Below, piece by piece: positions 1-13,200 of a stretch of 27,217 nt of DNA. The stretch is from contig JAVVFR010000001.1 of assembly GCA_032250595.1 (NCBI GenBank), positions 1 to 27,217 of the forward strand, in the 5' to 3' direction. Both the position numbers and the translations under genes were made by a program. Origin of the DNA: Bacteroidales bacterium (lineage in GTDB: Bacteria; Bacteroidota; Bacteroidia; Bacteroidales; SKPS01). Each line of letters starts with the position of its first letter. The stretch's first letter is position 1. The notes beneath the pieces were generated by a model, which was not told the origin of the DNA, did no database searches, and saw only the letters and a program-made list of their open reading frames with translations.

Positions 1-2
1 TT

Positions 3-1268
3 ACTTTCCAGTCTGCAACAGGTGACAGTACTGATGTCACAGTTCAATATGCTGCCACATCCTCCACTGCTAACTGGGTAATTGGCCTGGAAAATATCAA
101 TTACCTGACATTGAAAAATATGACTATCAAAGCCAATGGCAGCTCCTATGGAAGAGTATTGGTTATTAATGATGATGTAAACTATCTGGATGTTTCCAAC
201 TGTGCAATTGAAACATCAATCGCTACATCCTCCAATTTCGTTCCTATCTATGCAAATGGCAGTAGCGATAACTATAGTTACAATACCATACAAAATAACA
301 AAATTTTTGGTGGTTATTATGGTATCTACTGGTATGGTAATTCATCCAACTATAATATCAATAATACTTTTATCAATAATGATATTACTGACTTCTACTA
401 TTATGGTATTTATCTTTACTATAATGATAATGCAATATGCCAAAACAATCAACTCTCCAATTCATCTGCCTCCGGAACAGTTTATGGCATATACCCATAT
501 CACACATACAACTCTTCCTATATAAACAATGTGGTAATTGTTGGTGGCAGTTCTACTTCATATGGAATGAGATTATATTATGGTGACAATAATATTGTTG
601 ACAACAACATAGTAAATGTTGGTGGTACTACTTCTTATGGTATCTATGATTACTATAATGACCATGCCACCATCACCAACAACCAGGTCACCCTTGCCGG
701 ATCATCCACACATTATGGAATTTACCACAGAGGTATCGGCACAGCCCTCAACCCTAACCTTATTGCCAATAATACTATAAATATGATAGGTACAGGCACC
801 AGTACTTGGTACGGAATGTATCTTTACTATAGTGACACCACAAATATATATCATAACACTGTAAATATAGAAGGTGGAAGCACTACTTCTCGTGGTATTT
901 ATGTAAGTCAGGGTAGCAATATAAATATTCTCAACAACATCCTCAGTCTACCGGGTGGCGGCTACGCTATGTATATTTCAACAACCGCTGCTATTGCTAA
1001 CAGTAATAACAATGTATTGTACACTACCGGTTCCAGCATCGGTTACTGGGGTGGTGCTCAAACGGCCCTTACCGACTGGCAAACAGCAACAGGTTTTGAT
1101 GCCAACTCTGTAGATTTCAATCCTGCTTTAGCGGCACCCATGCTTAATGATCTTACCCCTTTGAATATTGCTGTTGATAACATCGGCACTCCTATTCCAA
1201 CCATAACTATGGATATTTTTGGTACTCCAAGGTCTGCCACCACTCCGGATGCAGGAGCGATTGAGTTT
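3..1268 (+). repeat. Right-handed parallel beta-helix repeats (Tyr/Asn-rich), capped by a choice-of-anchor-Q-like motif
   Basis: Recurrent YYGIY / YGMYLYY / I.NN.I units. Terminal motif DIFGTPRSATTPDAGAIEF. Confidence 0.8.
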
Positions 1269-4200
1269 ACCGGATTGGCAGGGGACCTTGCCACAATTAA
1301 CGGAATACTCAAAAATGGGGATTGTTTAAGCAACAATGACAGTGTATTTATTACCGTAAACAATCTATTTGGGAACACTGTAGATTTCTCTGTGAATCCA
1401 CTGACAGTGGGCTGGGAAGTCACCGGGCCTGTTAACTCCAACGGTACCATCACTGTAACTACAGGCACACTGGCTGTAGCCAACGATCTTCTTATTGGAG
1501 GCGATGGTGTTGACATGTCAGCAACGGGAACCTATACCCTTACCGTTTATGTACAACCCAACACCGTCAACAACTATAGCGGAAATGATACCTTGAATAA
1601 TATCTTTACACTGGAAATTATAGATCCTTTCTTTGTAATCCCAAAATATATCGAGATAACCAACCTCGACAGTACCATTGTTGAACTGACTGCACAATCG
1701 ACGTTCTTTCCCGGTGGAGCATTGTTACTAACCGAGATTTGTCAATATGCCGCTTCTTCAACAGGCCAACCCGCTAGTGGAAAGCCTTCTTATCTTGGCG
1801 ATGACTATCTGGAGATCACGGGTGTTCCAAACTCAGATCTTAGTGGTTATTCTATAGAAAAATGGACATCGTCCGGCACATCACCTAATGTTTTCCATAC
1901 TTTCCCGTCAGGCACAACATTAAGCCCTGCCGGCACTTACCTTGTAAGTACATACCAGGGAACCACCTCGCTTGGTGATTATCACCAGGCAGCTGATGTT
2001 GCTTCCAGTTATGGTAGTTCTACCAACAGTATCAATATCATAAGGGATGCTTCAGGTAATATCGTTGATGTAGTGCTGTATTACACCGGCTCCACCATCC
2101 CTGCCAATGCAGGCGTTACTACTGAATGGACCGGTCCCGGAGTCAATGGATCATCATCATGGGGGATCAGACTTGCAGGCCCTGATACAGATGATAACAC
2201 CAACTGGATAAAAGATACCCAGGATCCAAATGTATTGAATGCCGGGGTCCCATTGCCCTCTGCCGGTAATATCTCAGGCTTCACATGGAGTCATAACAGT
2301 GTGGTTACCAGCACCAAACCTGATACCATTGTTGGCCCTTTTACTACCAATGGATTGTACGAATATATAGCCAGCTATAATACTCCTTGTGGCATACTTA
2401 CTGACACTGTTAAGATCAATGTTATCATTCCTCCTTACGATGCAACTATTGCAGAGATATTACCCAATACCGAAGGCTGCGGACTAGGTCAGGAAGCTAT
2501 TGGAGTGAAGATTGCCAATCGTGGAAGCATGTCAATAACTAGCAATTTAACTGCCTCTTATATGATAGCCGGCGGCTCCTCTGTTGTTACAGAGCCCGTT
2601 ATTACAACAATAAACTCGGGTGATACGATCAACTTTACGTTTGCCACCCTGGCTGACTTCAGTGTGACCGGTGCAGATTCGTTATTCCATATTATTGCAT
2701 GGACTAATCTCTTAAATGACACTATCCCTGCAAATGATACTGCAACCAGTGAAGTGAATTCACTCCATATCCCTGTTCCTCCTGTTGTCAATGATATGGC
2801 TATCCCAACAGGAACACAGGCAGTGATAGCTGCTACCAGCAGTTATGATATTAACTGGTATGAACAAGCTACGAGCACTGTTCCTTTATATACTGGCCCG
2901 GTATATACAACACCTGTTCTTAACAATGCAACAACCTATTGGGTTTCTGCTTCTTCAGGCATACAGGTACCAGGCCAGCTTACAACACAGTTTACCGGAG
3001 GAACCTCTTGCGGAGGTGGTTTCATGATTGATGTTACAGCTCTTTCAAGCGATATTACTATAAATGCTTTTGACCTCTATCCTGCTTCATCAGGTACAGA
3101 AACTGTTAACGTTTATTATAAACAGGGAACCTATAATGGTTTTGGTTCTGACCCGACAGCCTGGACACAGGAAGGAAGTTACTCCGTAAACCAGATAGCA
3201 TTAACTCCTACATTCATGGCACTTAATACCGAAATTGTCATCCCTGCTGGCCAAACGTATGCTATCTATCTTCAATACAATAATGCCTATACTTCGGGAT
3301 CCTATACAACCTTTAACAATACTGATCTTGAAATATACACTGGCCTGGCCCATTGTAGTGCCTGGGATGCCTGTTGTGAGCCACGTGTTTGGAACGGAAC
3401 TATATATTATATGGCAGGTGTTGACGGCTGTGAATCACCAAAAGTACCTGTTACCGTAAGTATGGAAGCCACTGCAACTGCTATCACACCTAACACCTCT
3501 ATTTGTCTTGGTGATCAGATAATGCTGGAAGTAGCCCTCACAGGCTCAACACCTATTACTATGATCGTTACAGATGGCACCAACAATGATACCATCACAG
3601 GTATCACCACACCTACAATCGCTATTCCTGTAACACCTACCATTACCACCACTTATTCAGTAGTAGAGGTTATCAATGCTTATGGATTTAGCAATACCAG
3701 CACAGCAACAGTTACTGTTACCGTTAACCCGTTACCTGTTGTTACTGCCGACGATGTAGAGATCTGCGACGGAAGTACTGCATTTCTCAATGCTACCGGC
3801 AGTGCAGGAACACCGCCTTACAGTTACCAATGGAACAATGCTACTACCTTAAGTAATCCAAATGCTAAGAATCCATTAGCCACTCCATCGGCAACAACAA
3901 CGTATACAGTTACCATTACCGATGCCAATGGTTGTATAGCAACAGATGATGCTGTTGTTACTGTTCAGCCCGTACCGGTAGCCGATGCAGGCACCGATAT
4001 AAATATCTGTATGGGTACTTCGGCACAACTTGCTGCTACGGCAAGCGGAGGATCAGGCACTTACTCATCATACGACTGGACACCTGCTGCTACCCTTGAC
4101 AATGCCACTATTGCCAACCCATTGGCTACTCCATCCGTCACTACTACATACACTGTAGTGGTAACTGATAACAAAGGTTGCCAGAATGCTGATGATATTG

Positions 4201-7200
4201 TGGTTTCTGTGGTAGATGTTATAGCAGGATCCGATCAGGTCATTTGCTATGGTGCATCAGCCAACCTGGGTGTCACTGTTGCAGGAGGCTCCGGTTCATA
4301 CACCTACCTTTGGACACCTGCTGCCTCTCTCGATAACGCAGGAATACAGAATCCGGTAGCCACACCTACCGTAACAACAACCTACACTATTGCTGTGACA
4401 GACAATGTTCTTGGCATCACCTGTAGTGATGATGTAGTTGTCACCGTGAACCCTTTACCAACTGTTAGCTTTACCGGCCTTGCTGTCGAGTACTGTATCG
4501 ATGCACCGGCTGTTACGCTGACCGGCACTCCGGCAGGTGGTATATTTACAGGTATGGGTATCAGCGGCACCACTTTCGATCCTGCCACAGCAGGCGTTGG
4601 TGGCCCTTATACCATCACCTATACCTATACCGATGCGAACGGTTGCACCAACAGTGCATCACAACAGGTAACAATTAACCCGTTACCGGTAGTATCATTC
4701 ACCGGACTGGCCAGCGGCTATTGTATTGATGCACCTGTAGTTACACTTACAGGCACTCCGGCCGGTGGTGTATTTATGGGATCAGGTATCAGCGGAAACG
4801 ATTTCGACCCTGCCACAGCGGGCGTTGGAATACACAATATTACCTACACCTATGCCGATATCAATGGTTGTGTGAATTCAGAGACACAAAGTGTAGAAGT
4901 CTACCCACTGCCTATAGCCACAGCTATCCCTGATTTCTATGTATGCCTGGGCTCTCCTGCTCAACTCGATGTTACCGTTACCGGTGGCACGGCACCATAC
5001 AGCTATCAGTGGACCCCAGCCGACAGTCTTGATGATGCTACATTGAAGAACCCTATTGTTAATAATACAAATTCTGAAACCTATACCGTGGTCGTTACGG
5101 ATCAGAATGGATGTCAGGCAACAGATGCGGTATATGTGAATGTTATTCCTGATCCTGTTGCGAATGCAGGCAATGATGTGGCTATCTGTTTCGGTGAAAG
5201 CACCCAGCTACAGGCATCAGGTGGCGATGTTTATGTATGGAGCCCAACAACCGGACTCAGCAACCCGAATATCTCCAACCCTGTTGCTTCACCAACGGCT
5301 ACTACCGTTTATTCTGTCACTGTGACCAGCACTTGTGGTACAGCTTCAGACTATGTACTTGTTACTGTGAATCCATTACCGGGTGTTAACCTTGGCTCAG
5401 ATATCGACCTTTGCTACGGATCATCAGCCAACCTTAACGCTGTAGTGTCCGGTGCAGCTCCATTTGCTTACGCATGGACACCGACAACCGACCTGAGCGA
5501 CCCAACGATCAGCAACCCTGTTGCTACTCCGTTGAGTAACACCACATACACTGTTCTTGTAACAGATGTAAACGGATGTCAGAACAGTGATGATATCTAT
5601 ATCAATATAAACCCATTGCCAACAGTCAATGCTAAGGTCAATGTGAATGATGAGTATGCATCTGTATGTCCGGGTGGCACAGTAAGTCTTTATGCAAACG
5701 CCACACCCTCAACAGTCACCTATCAGTGGTCACCTTCTGCCTATATCAATGGATTCCCGAACAACCAAAATGTAGTTTCTATGCCACTGAGCAGTTCTGT
5801 GGACTTCTCCGTTATTGCCACCGATGCTAATGGTTGCAAAAACTATGATACCGTAAATGTATCTGTTATGGATGTTGATGCAGGCGTTGACGCAGAGATC
5901 TGTCTGAACGCTTCAACACAGCTTAACGCCGTTGTAACGAATGGAATCACTCCATACAGTTATTCATGGTTGCCGGCTACAGGACTTAGTGATGCTGCTA
6001 TTGCCAATCCTGTTGCCAGTCCGCTTTCTACTACTACCTATTATTTAACTGTTACCGATGATTATGGCACATCATGTATCGACAGTGTGACAGTAACGGT
6101 AAATCCATTACCCTCCGTTACGGTTGCAGATATTGATCTGTGTATTTCTAATTCAGCCATGTTGAATGCTATGGTTACCGGTGGCACACCAGGATACACT
6201 TACAACTGGACACCTACCAATGACCTGAATGATCCTACGATAGCGAACCCTATGGCCAGTCCAACTGTTACCACTACTTACAATATTCTGGTAACTGACA
6301 GTAAAGGCTGTACTGCTACCGACGATGCCACTGTTACTTTACATGCACTTCCTTCAGTTAACGCAGGCCCTGATGCTATTATCTCATCCGGAGCCAACCA
6401 TCCATTGATGGCCACAGGATCAGGCGGACAATCACCCTACAGTTACCTGTGGAGCCCTGCTTCTTCATTGTCGGATGCTACCATCCAAGACCCGATAGCA
6501 TCACCAACAGTAACTACTACCTATACTGTTACCTTGACAGATGTTTGGGGTTGTACTGCTACTGATGATGTAGTGATTTCTACCGTGAATCTGCCTATTG
6601 CCAATGCAGGTCCTGACAGAACGATCTGTATCTATGACAGTGCACAGCTTAATGCTTCCGGTGGCATCACTTATGTATGGAGTCCTACTACCGGATTAAG
6701 CAATCCGAATATTTATAATCCTATGGCTTCTCCTGCAGTAACAACAACATACACTGTTACAGTTACAGGCCCTTATGGCTCAGCAGTAGACTGGATGGTA
6801 GTAAATGTTAACCCACTACCGATCGTAAGCTTTATCGGACTTGGAGGGCCTTATTGTGAAGACGATCCTGCTATTGTTCCTTTGACAGGAACTCCTGCCG
6901 GTGGTACCTTCTCCGGCCCCGGAATTACAGGTAATGATTTCTCTCCATTAGCTGCAGGACCGGGCAATCATACTATAGTTTACAGCTATTCTGATCCAAA
7001 CGGTTGTACTAATACTGACACGAATTATGTCCTTGTAAATCCACTTCCAGTGATTGATGCAGGAACAGATATTGCTATCTGTGCTAACGATAATGCGGTA
7101 CTTTCAGCTACACCAACAGGATATGTATCCTATAACTGGAACTCCAACTTTGGTATCAGCAGTATCTATGATCCAAATAACAGCACAACTACTGTCAGTC

Positions 7201-10200
7201 CATATGCTACAACTACTTACACTGTATCGGTAACCGATATCAATGGATGTACCAATAGCGACGATGTGGTTGTAACAGTAAATCCATTACCGGTCGTTAC
7301 TTCTTCAGGACTTGCAGGCCCTTACTGTATCGACAATCCACTTGTGACCATGACAGGCACCCCTCCGGGTGGGATATTTACCGGCCCCGGTGTAGTGGGT
7401 AACGACTTTGCTGCTTCCGCCGCAGGCGCAGGCACTCATGTTATTACTTACACCTATACCGATGCCAATGGTTGTACCAACACCCATGACCAGACCGTTA
7501 CCGTTAACCCATTGCCGGTTGTTACTTCTACTACCTTCAGTGGTAGTGATATCGTTGATATTGAAGTGCAATATGATTACTTCGCTAATTGGGTTGGTGA
7601 CGATACTCGATTTGAGATAGTTGATGCTCTGGGAACTCCGGTCTTTTCACATCAGGCAACCGCAGGTAATCAATATTATACTACTTCCCTCACATTACCT
7701 GCTGGAAATTACACCTTTAAGGCGTATGATAACTTTGGTGATGGTGGAATAACTTACTATAATATTAATACAACAGATAATACTTACAGTGGTGCATTCA
7801 CTTATGGTTATTATACAGAGACGCCATTCACCGTTAACGGTGTAAGCCACCATTGTATTAACGGCCCTGTGGTAGTACACAGTGCTACACCAACAGGTGG
7901 CATATTCACCGGCAACGGTATTGTTAACACCAATGAGTTTGACCCGGCTGTTGCTGGTGTAGGACAACATCAGATCACTTATACTTACACCGACAGCAAT
8001 GGATGTACCAACAGCATAGGTGAAATAGCCAATGTAAACGCGTTAACACCCACAACATTCAGTGGTTTAGCTGCAATGTATTGTGTTGATGCTGCTGCGG
8101 TTACTTTGACAGGTACTCCTCCCGGTGGCACTTTCAGTGGTACCGGAATTATCGGCAATGACTTTGGCCCTGCCACAGCAGGAGTAGGTATATGGGATAT
8201 CATCTACACTTATGTAGATGCCAACGGATGTACCAATGCCGACACGCAAACTACTGAAGTAGTTCCTCTGCCGGTCTTGGCCATCACTAATCTGGCTACA
8301 GGCTATTGTATTGATGCAGCCCCTGTAACACTAAATGCAACACCTGCAGGAGGCACCTTCAGTGGCAATGGTATCACAGGCAATGACTTTGACCCTGCTG
8401 TTGCCGGCGTAGGTGTTCATACAATAACTTACACCTATACAGACGCTAACGGTTGTACTAATACTATAACCCAAAATACTGAAGTACATGCTCTGCCAAT
8501 AGTGACAATTGTTGGTCTGGATGCAGGTTTCTGCTTAGATGCCACTCCTGTAACTCTTGTAGGATCACCTTCAGGTGGTATCTTCAGTGGAACAGGCGTC
8601 AGCGGAAATATTTTCGACGCTTCTGTTGCAGGCGTAGGTGTTCATACTATCACGTATACATATACAGATACTTATGGTTGTGTCAATGACACTTCACAAA
8701 ACGTAACAGTATACAGCTTACCAACAGCTGATGCATGGAATGATGCACAGATATGTATCGGAGACTCTATCAACCTTTATGTAACAGCTTCAGGCGGTGC
8801 ATTGCCATATTCATATGCATGGACACCGGTTGCAGGACTTGATGATCCAAATATCGTCAATCCTGTTGCTTCACCGGCATTGAGTACTGTATACACAGTT
8901 GTTGTTACCGATGCAAACGGTTGTATAGCCACCGATAGCGTATTTATTGAAGTATCCGATATTCAGATCTCTACTACCGATGTGGATATCTGCTACGGAT
9001 CTTCAACACAATTAAATATTGCTGTCACAGGAGGTATCGCTCCGTACAGTTATAGCTGGACTCCTGCTGCGGGATTAAGCAGCACCACTATTGTTGATCC
9101 GATAGCTGATCCAACAGCAACAACAGTGTATACTGTTATGGTTACAGACAATATTGGATGTACCTCATCAGCAACTTTAACTGTTACTGTTAATCCATTG
9201 CCTGTAGTATCCTTCTCAGGATTGGCCATGAATTACTGTATTGATGCTCCTGCAGTAACCCTTACAGGTTCTCCGGCTGGTGGTATTTTCACAGGCCCAG
9301 GTATATCAGGAAACACTTTCGATCCGGCTGTTGCAGGAACAGGTACACACAGTATCACCTATACTTATACTGATGCCAACGGATGTATAAACAGTGAGAC
9401 ACAAACCACTAGTGTTAATCCATTACCAACAGCAGCTTTCACCGGCCTTGCCGCAGGCTATTGTGTTGATGCAGCAACTGCTACATTAACAGGTATACCA
9501 GCAGGTGGTACATTCAGTGGCCCGGGTATCTCCGGTAATTCGTTTGATCCGGCATCAGCGGGCGTAGGAATACATACTATTATGTATACTTATACCGATG
9601 GTAACGGTTGTACAGACAGTTACAGTGAAACTGTTGAAGTGTATGCATTACCTATTGTCACATTGAACACTATCAGCGATATTTGTGTAAATGTTGCCCC
9701 TGTTACATTAACAGGAGGTGTTCCAACAGGTGGATTATATAGTGGAACCGGCGTAAGCGGTGGCATGTTCGATCCTGCAGTAGCAGGCGTTGGACAGCAT
9801 TTCATCACCTATACTTACACTGATGCCAATGGTTGTGTAAACTTTGCTATAGATACTATAACAGTACATGCAACCACTCCACTTACTTTTGCCACACCAC
9901 CGGCAATATGCAACAATGCCATGCCTTACACGCTTGTTCAGGCAACCCCTGCAGGTGGAATATACAGCGGTCCAGGTGTATCCGGTGGACAGTTTGATCC
10001 GATGGCTGTCTCAGGCCCCGGATTATACACACTCACCTATACCTATACCAACACCGAAGGTTGTATTAGTACCATCAATCGTGCTATTACCGTACTTGAC
10101 ACACCAACACCGGTGGCCGGAACTTCAACAACCGTTTGTGCCAACACAACCACTCCGTTGAATGTTACTGTAACAGGTGGCGGTGGATCCTACACTTACC

Positions 10201-13200
10201 AGTGGAGCCCTGCTTCAAGTATCACTAATGATCCAACAATTGCTAATCCGTTCGCTATACCTTCAGTAACAACTACCTATACTGTTGCTGTGACAGGTGC
10301 TAACGGATGTACCGGACATGACCAGGTAATAATAACAACATTGCCATTGCCATCAGTTGATGTAGGACCGGATACACTTATTTGTGCCGGATATGCCTAT
10401 GTAATACCAACAGTGGTTTCCGGTAATAGCCCGTTTACTTACCAGTGGAATAACACCGCTACATTGAATGATGGCACTATCCAAAATCCAACAGCATACC
10501 CAATTAGTAATACCAACTACAGTGTTACTGTTACTGATGCTAATGGATGTGTTAATAGTGATAATCTAACTATTAATGTAGTTTCAAATCCGGTTGCCAA
10601 TATCTTAAGTCTAAACACTAACTATTGTGTTGACGCAACCCCGGTAACCCTTACAGCAACACCGACAGGTGGCACGTTCACCATTGATGGCGTGGCTGCT
10701 ACCATTTTCGATCCTGCTGTATTAGGTGTCGGACCTCATACCGTTATTTATAACTACGTAAATACCAATGGTTGTATAGCTGTCGACAGTATGATTGTGA
10801 CAGTAAGAGACCTGCCATCTGTTGATGCTGGCAGTGACCTGCTGGTATGTGCCGGTAATCCAACCAACCTCTATGCAACACCACTGAGTGGAACGTCTCC
10901 TTATTCATACGCATGGAGTCCTGCTGCATCATTGAACAATGCATTTATCCAGGATCCTATTGCTACACCGATGGTAACCACCACTTACACGGTAACATTA
11001 ACAGATGTGTATGGTTGTTCTGCTACTGATGATGTCACTATTTTGACAACCTCTTTCCCTGTAGCTGATGCAGGTAATAACGACACCATTTGTTATGGTG
11101 GATCAACACAGCTTATTGCTTCAGGTGGTAATCAATATCAGTGGGCACCGGCTACCGGACTCAGCAATCCAAATATTGCCAATCCGATCGCATCACCGAT
11201 TGTTACTACAGTATATACAGTCACTGTTACCAGTAACTGTGGTGTAGCCTTCGACTTTGTTGAGATCTACGTCAATCCGTTACCTGCTGTTTCATTCAGC
11301 GGATTAAACCCGGATGTATGTATCGATGATGGCTCGATCACCCTTACCGGTTCACCGGCAGGTGGTACTTTTAGTGGTGTTGGCATCATAGGTAATGTCT
11401 TTGATCCTGCAGTAGCAGGTATTGGAGGCCCCTATACCATTACATACGATTATGTAAATCCTAATGGATGTGCTAATCCGGCAACACAAACTGTTACTGT
11501 TCATGCATTACCAACCATTAGCTTCAGCGGATTGAACACAAGCTACTGTATTAATGGTACAGCGAGTACACTGACAGGCTCACCGGCAGGTGGCATCTTC
11601 TCAGGACCCGGCATCACAGGCAATGTCTTTGATCCGGCAGTGGCCGGTGTTGGAACACATACCATCACTTACACCTATACTGATGGTTACGGATGTGTTA
11701 ACACAACAACACAGCAGACCACTGTTCAAGGACTCTCCGCTGTGACCTTTACAGGCCTGCCAACAGCGATATGTGCTGATGGCAGTGTAGCTACCCTGTA
11801 TGGAAATCCATCCAGCGGAGTATTCTCCGGACCCGGCATAATCGGCAATCTTTTCGACCCGGTTATTGCAGGAGCAGGCACACATAATATAGTTTATACT
11901 ATCTCAGGTAGCGGCTACTGTACTAATGCTGATACCCAAACTGTAATTGTTAATGCACTACCGGTAGTTTCATTCACCGGCCTTGCAGCAGACTACTGTG
12001 CAAATGACGGTATTGTTACTATGACAGGAGTTCCTGCAGGTGGCGTATTCACAGGCAATGCAATATCAGCAAATACATTCGATCCTTCAAATGCAGGTGT
12101 AGGAACACATTCTATATCTTACGCTTACACCGATGGAAACGGATGTAGCAATAGTACAAGCCAGATAACTACTGTCCATGCACTACCAACATTAACTATC
12201 AACGGACTCTCTTCAGTTTACTGTGAGAATGATCCTGCAGTAACACTGTCAGGTACTCCAACAGGAGGCACATTCTCAGGAACAGGCATAACAGGCAACC
12301 AGTTTGATCCGGCTGTAGCCGGTGCAGGTGCTCATACTGTCTATTATACTTATACAGACGGAATGGGATGCACCAATACGATTTCACAACTGACTGTTGT
12401 TAATGCGCTACCTGCTGTTACATTTGCACCATTAGCACCAGTTTGTGGCGGTAGCAGTTCATTTGCCTTAACAGGTGGAAGTCCAACAGGTGGTTCTTAT
12501 AGCGGTAGTGCCGTTGTTTCAGGAAACTTTATCCCGTCAGTCGCAGGACCCGGTTCGCACCTTGTTACTTATACCTATACTTCACCAAGTACCGGTTGTT
12601 CAAACAATGCTACACAGAATCAGGTCGTTAATGTTAACCCTGTTGCCGATGCAGGCATAGACCAAATCATACCATTTGGTACCAGCACATCACTTACAGG
12701 TAATGCTACCGGCGGATCAGGAACATACAGCTATAACTGGACACCAACAGGATCACTGGTGAATGCCAATGTTCAGAATCCAACTACTACCAACCTTACC
12801 GCATCTACTATCTTCGACCTTACCGTTACCGATTTAAGTAATGGCTGTCAGGATAATGACCAGGTAATTGTCTCAGTTATTGGAAGTAGTTTAAGTGTCA
12901 ACATTAATGCTCCGTATACAGCTATCTGTGATGGTGACCAGATCACCTTAACAGCACAGGCTATTGGAGGCAGCGGTGTTTATACTTTCAGCTGGACGTC
13001 AACACCAGGAGGAACCTATCCATCGACTCAGGCAATAACCGTTTCTCCACTTGTAACAACAACCTATACAGTGGCTGTAGATGATGGCTATTCTGTTGAA
13101 ACAGCCAATATCACTATCACAGTGAATAGTCTGCCAACGGTTAGCTTCACCGGCTTACCGGCCAACACTTGTGAAGGCAGTGGTGCTGTGGCCATGTCAG

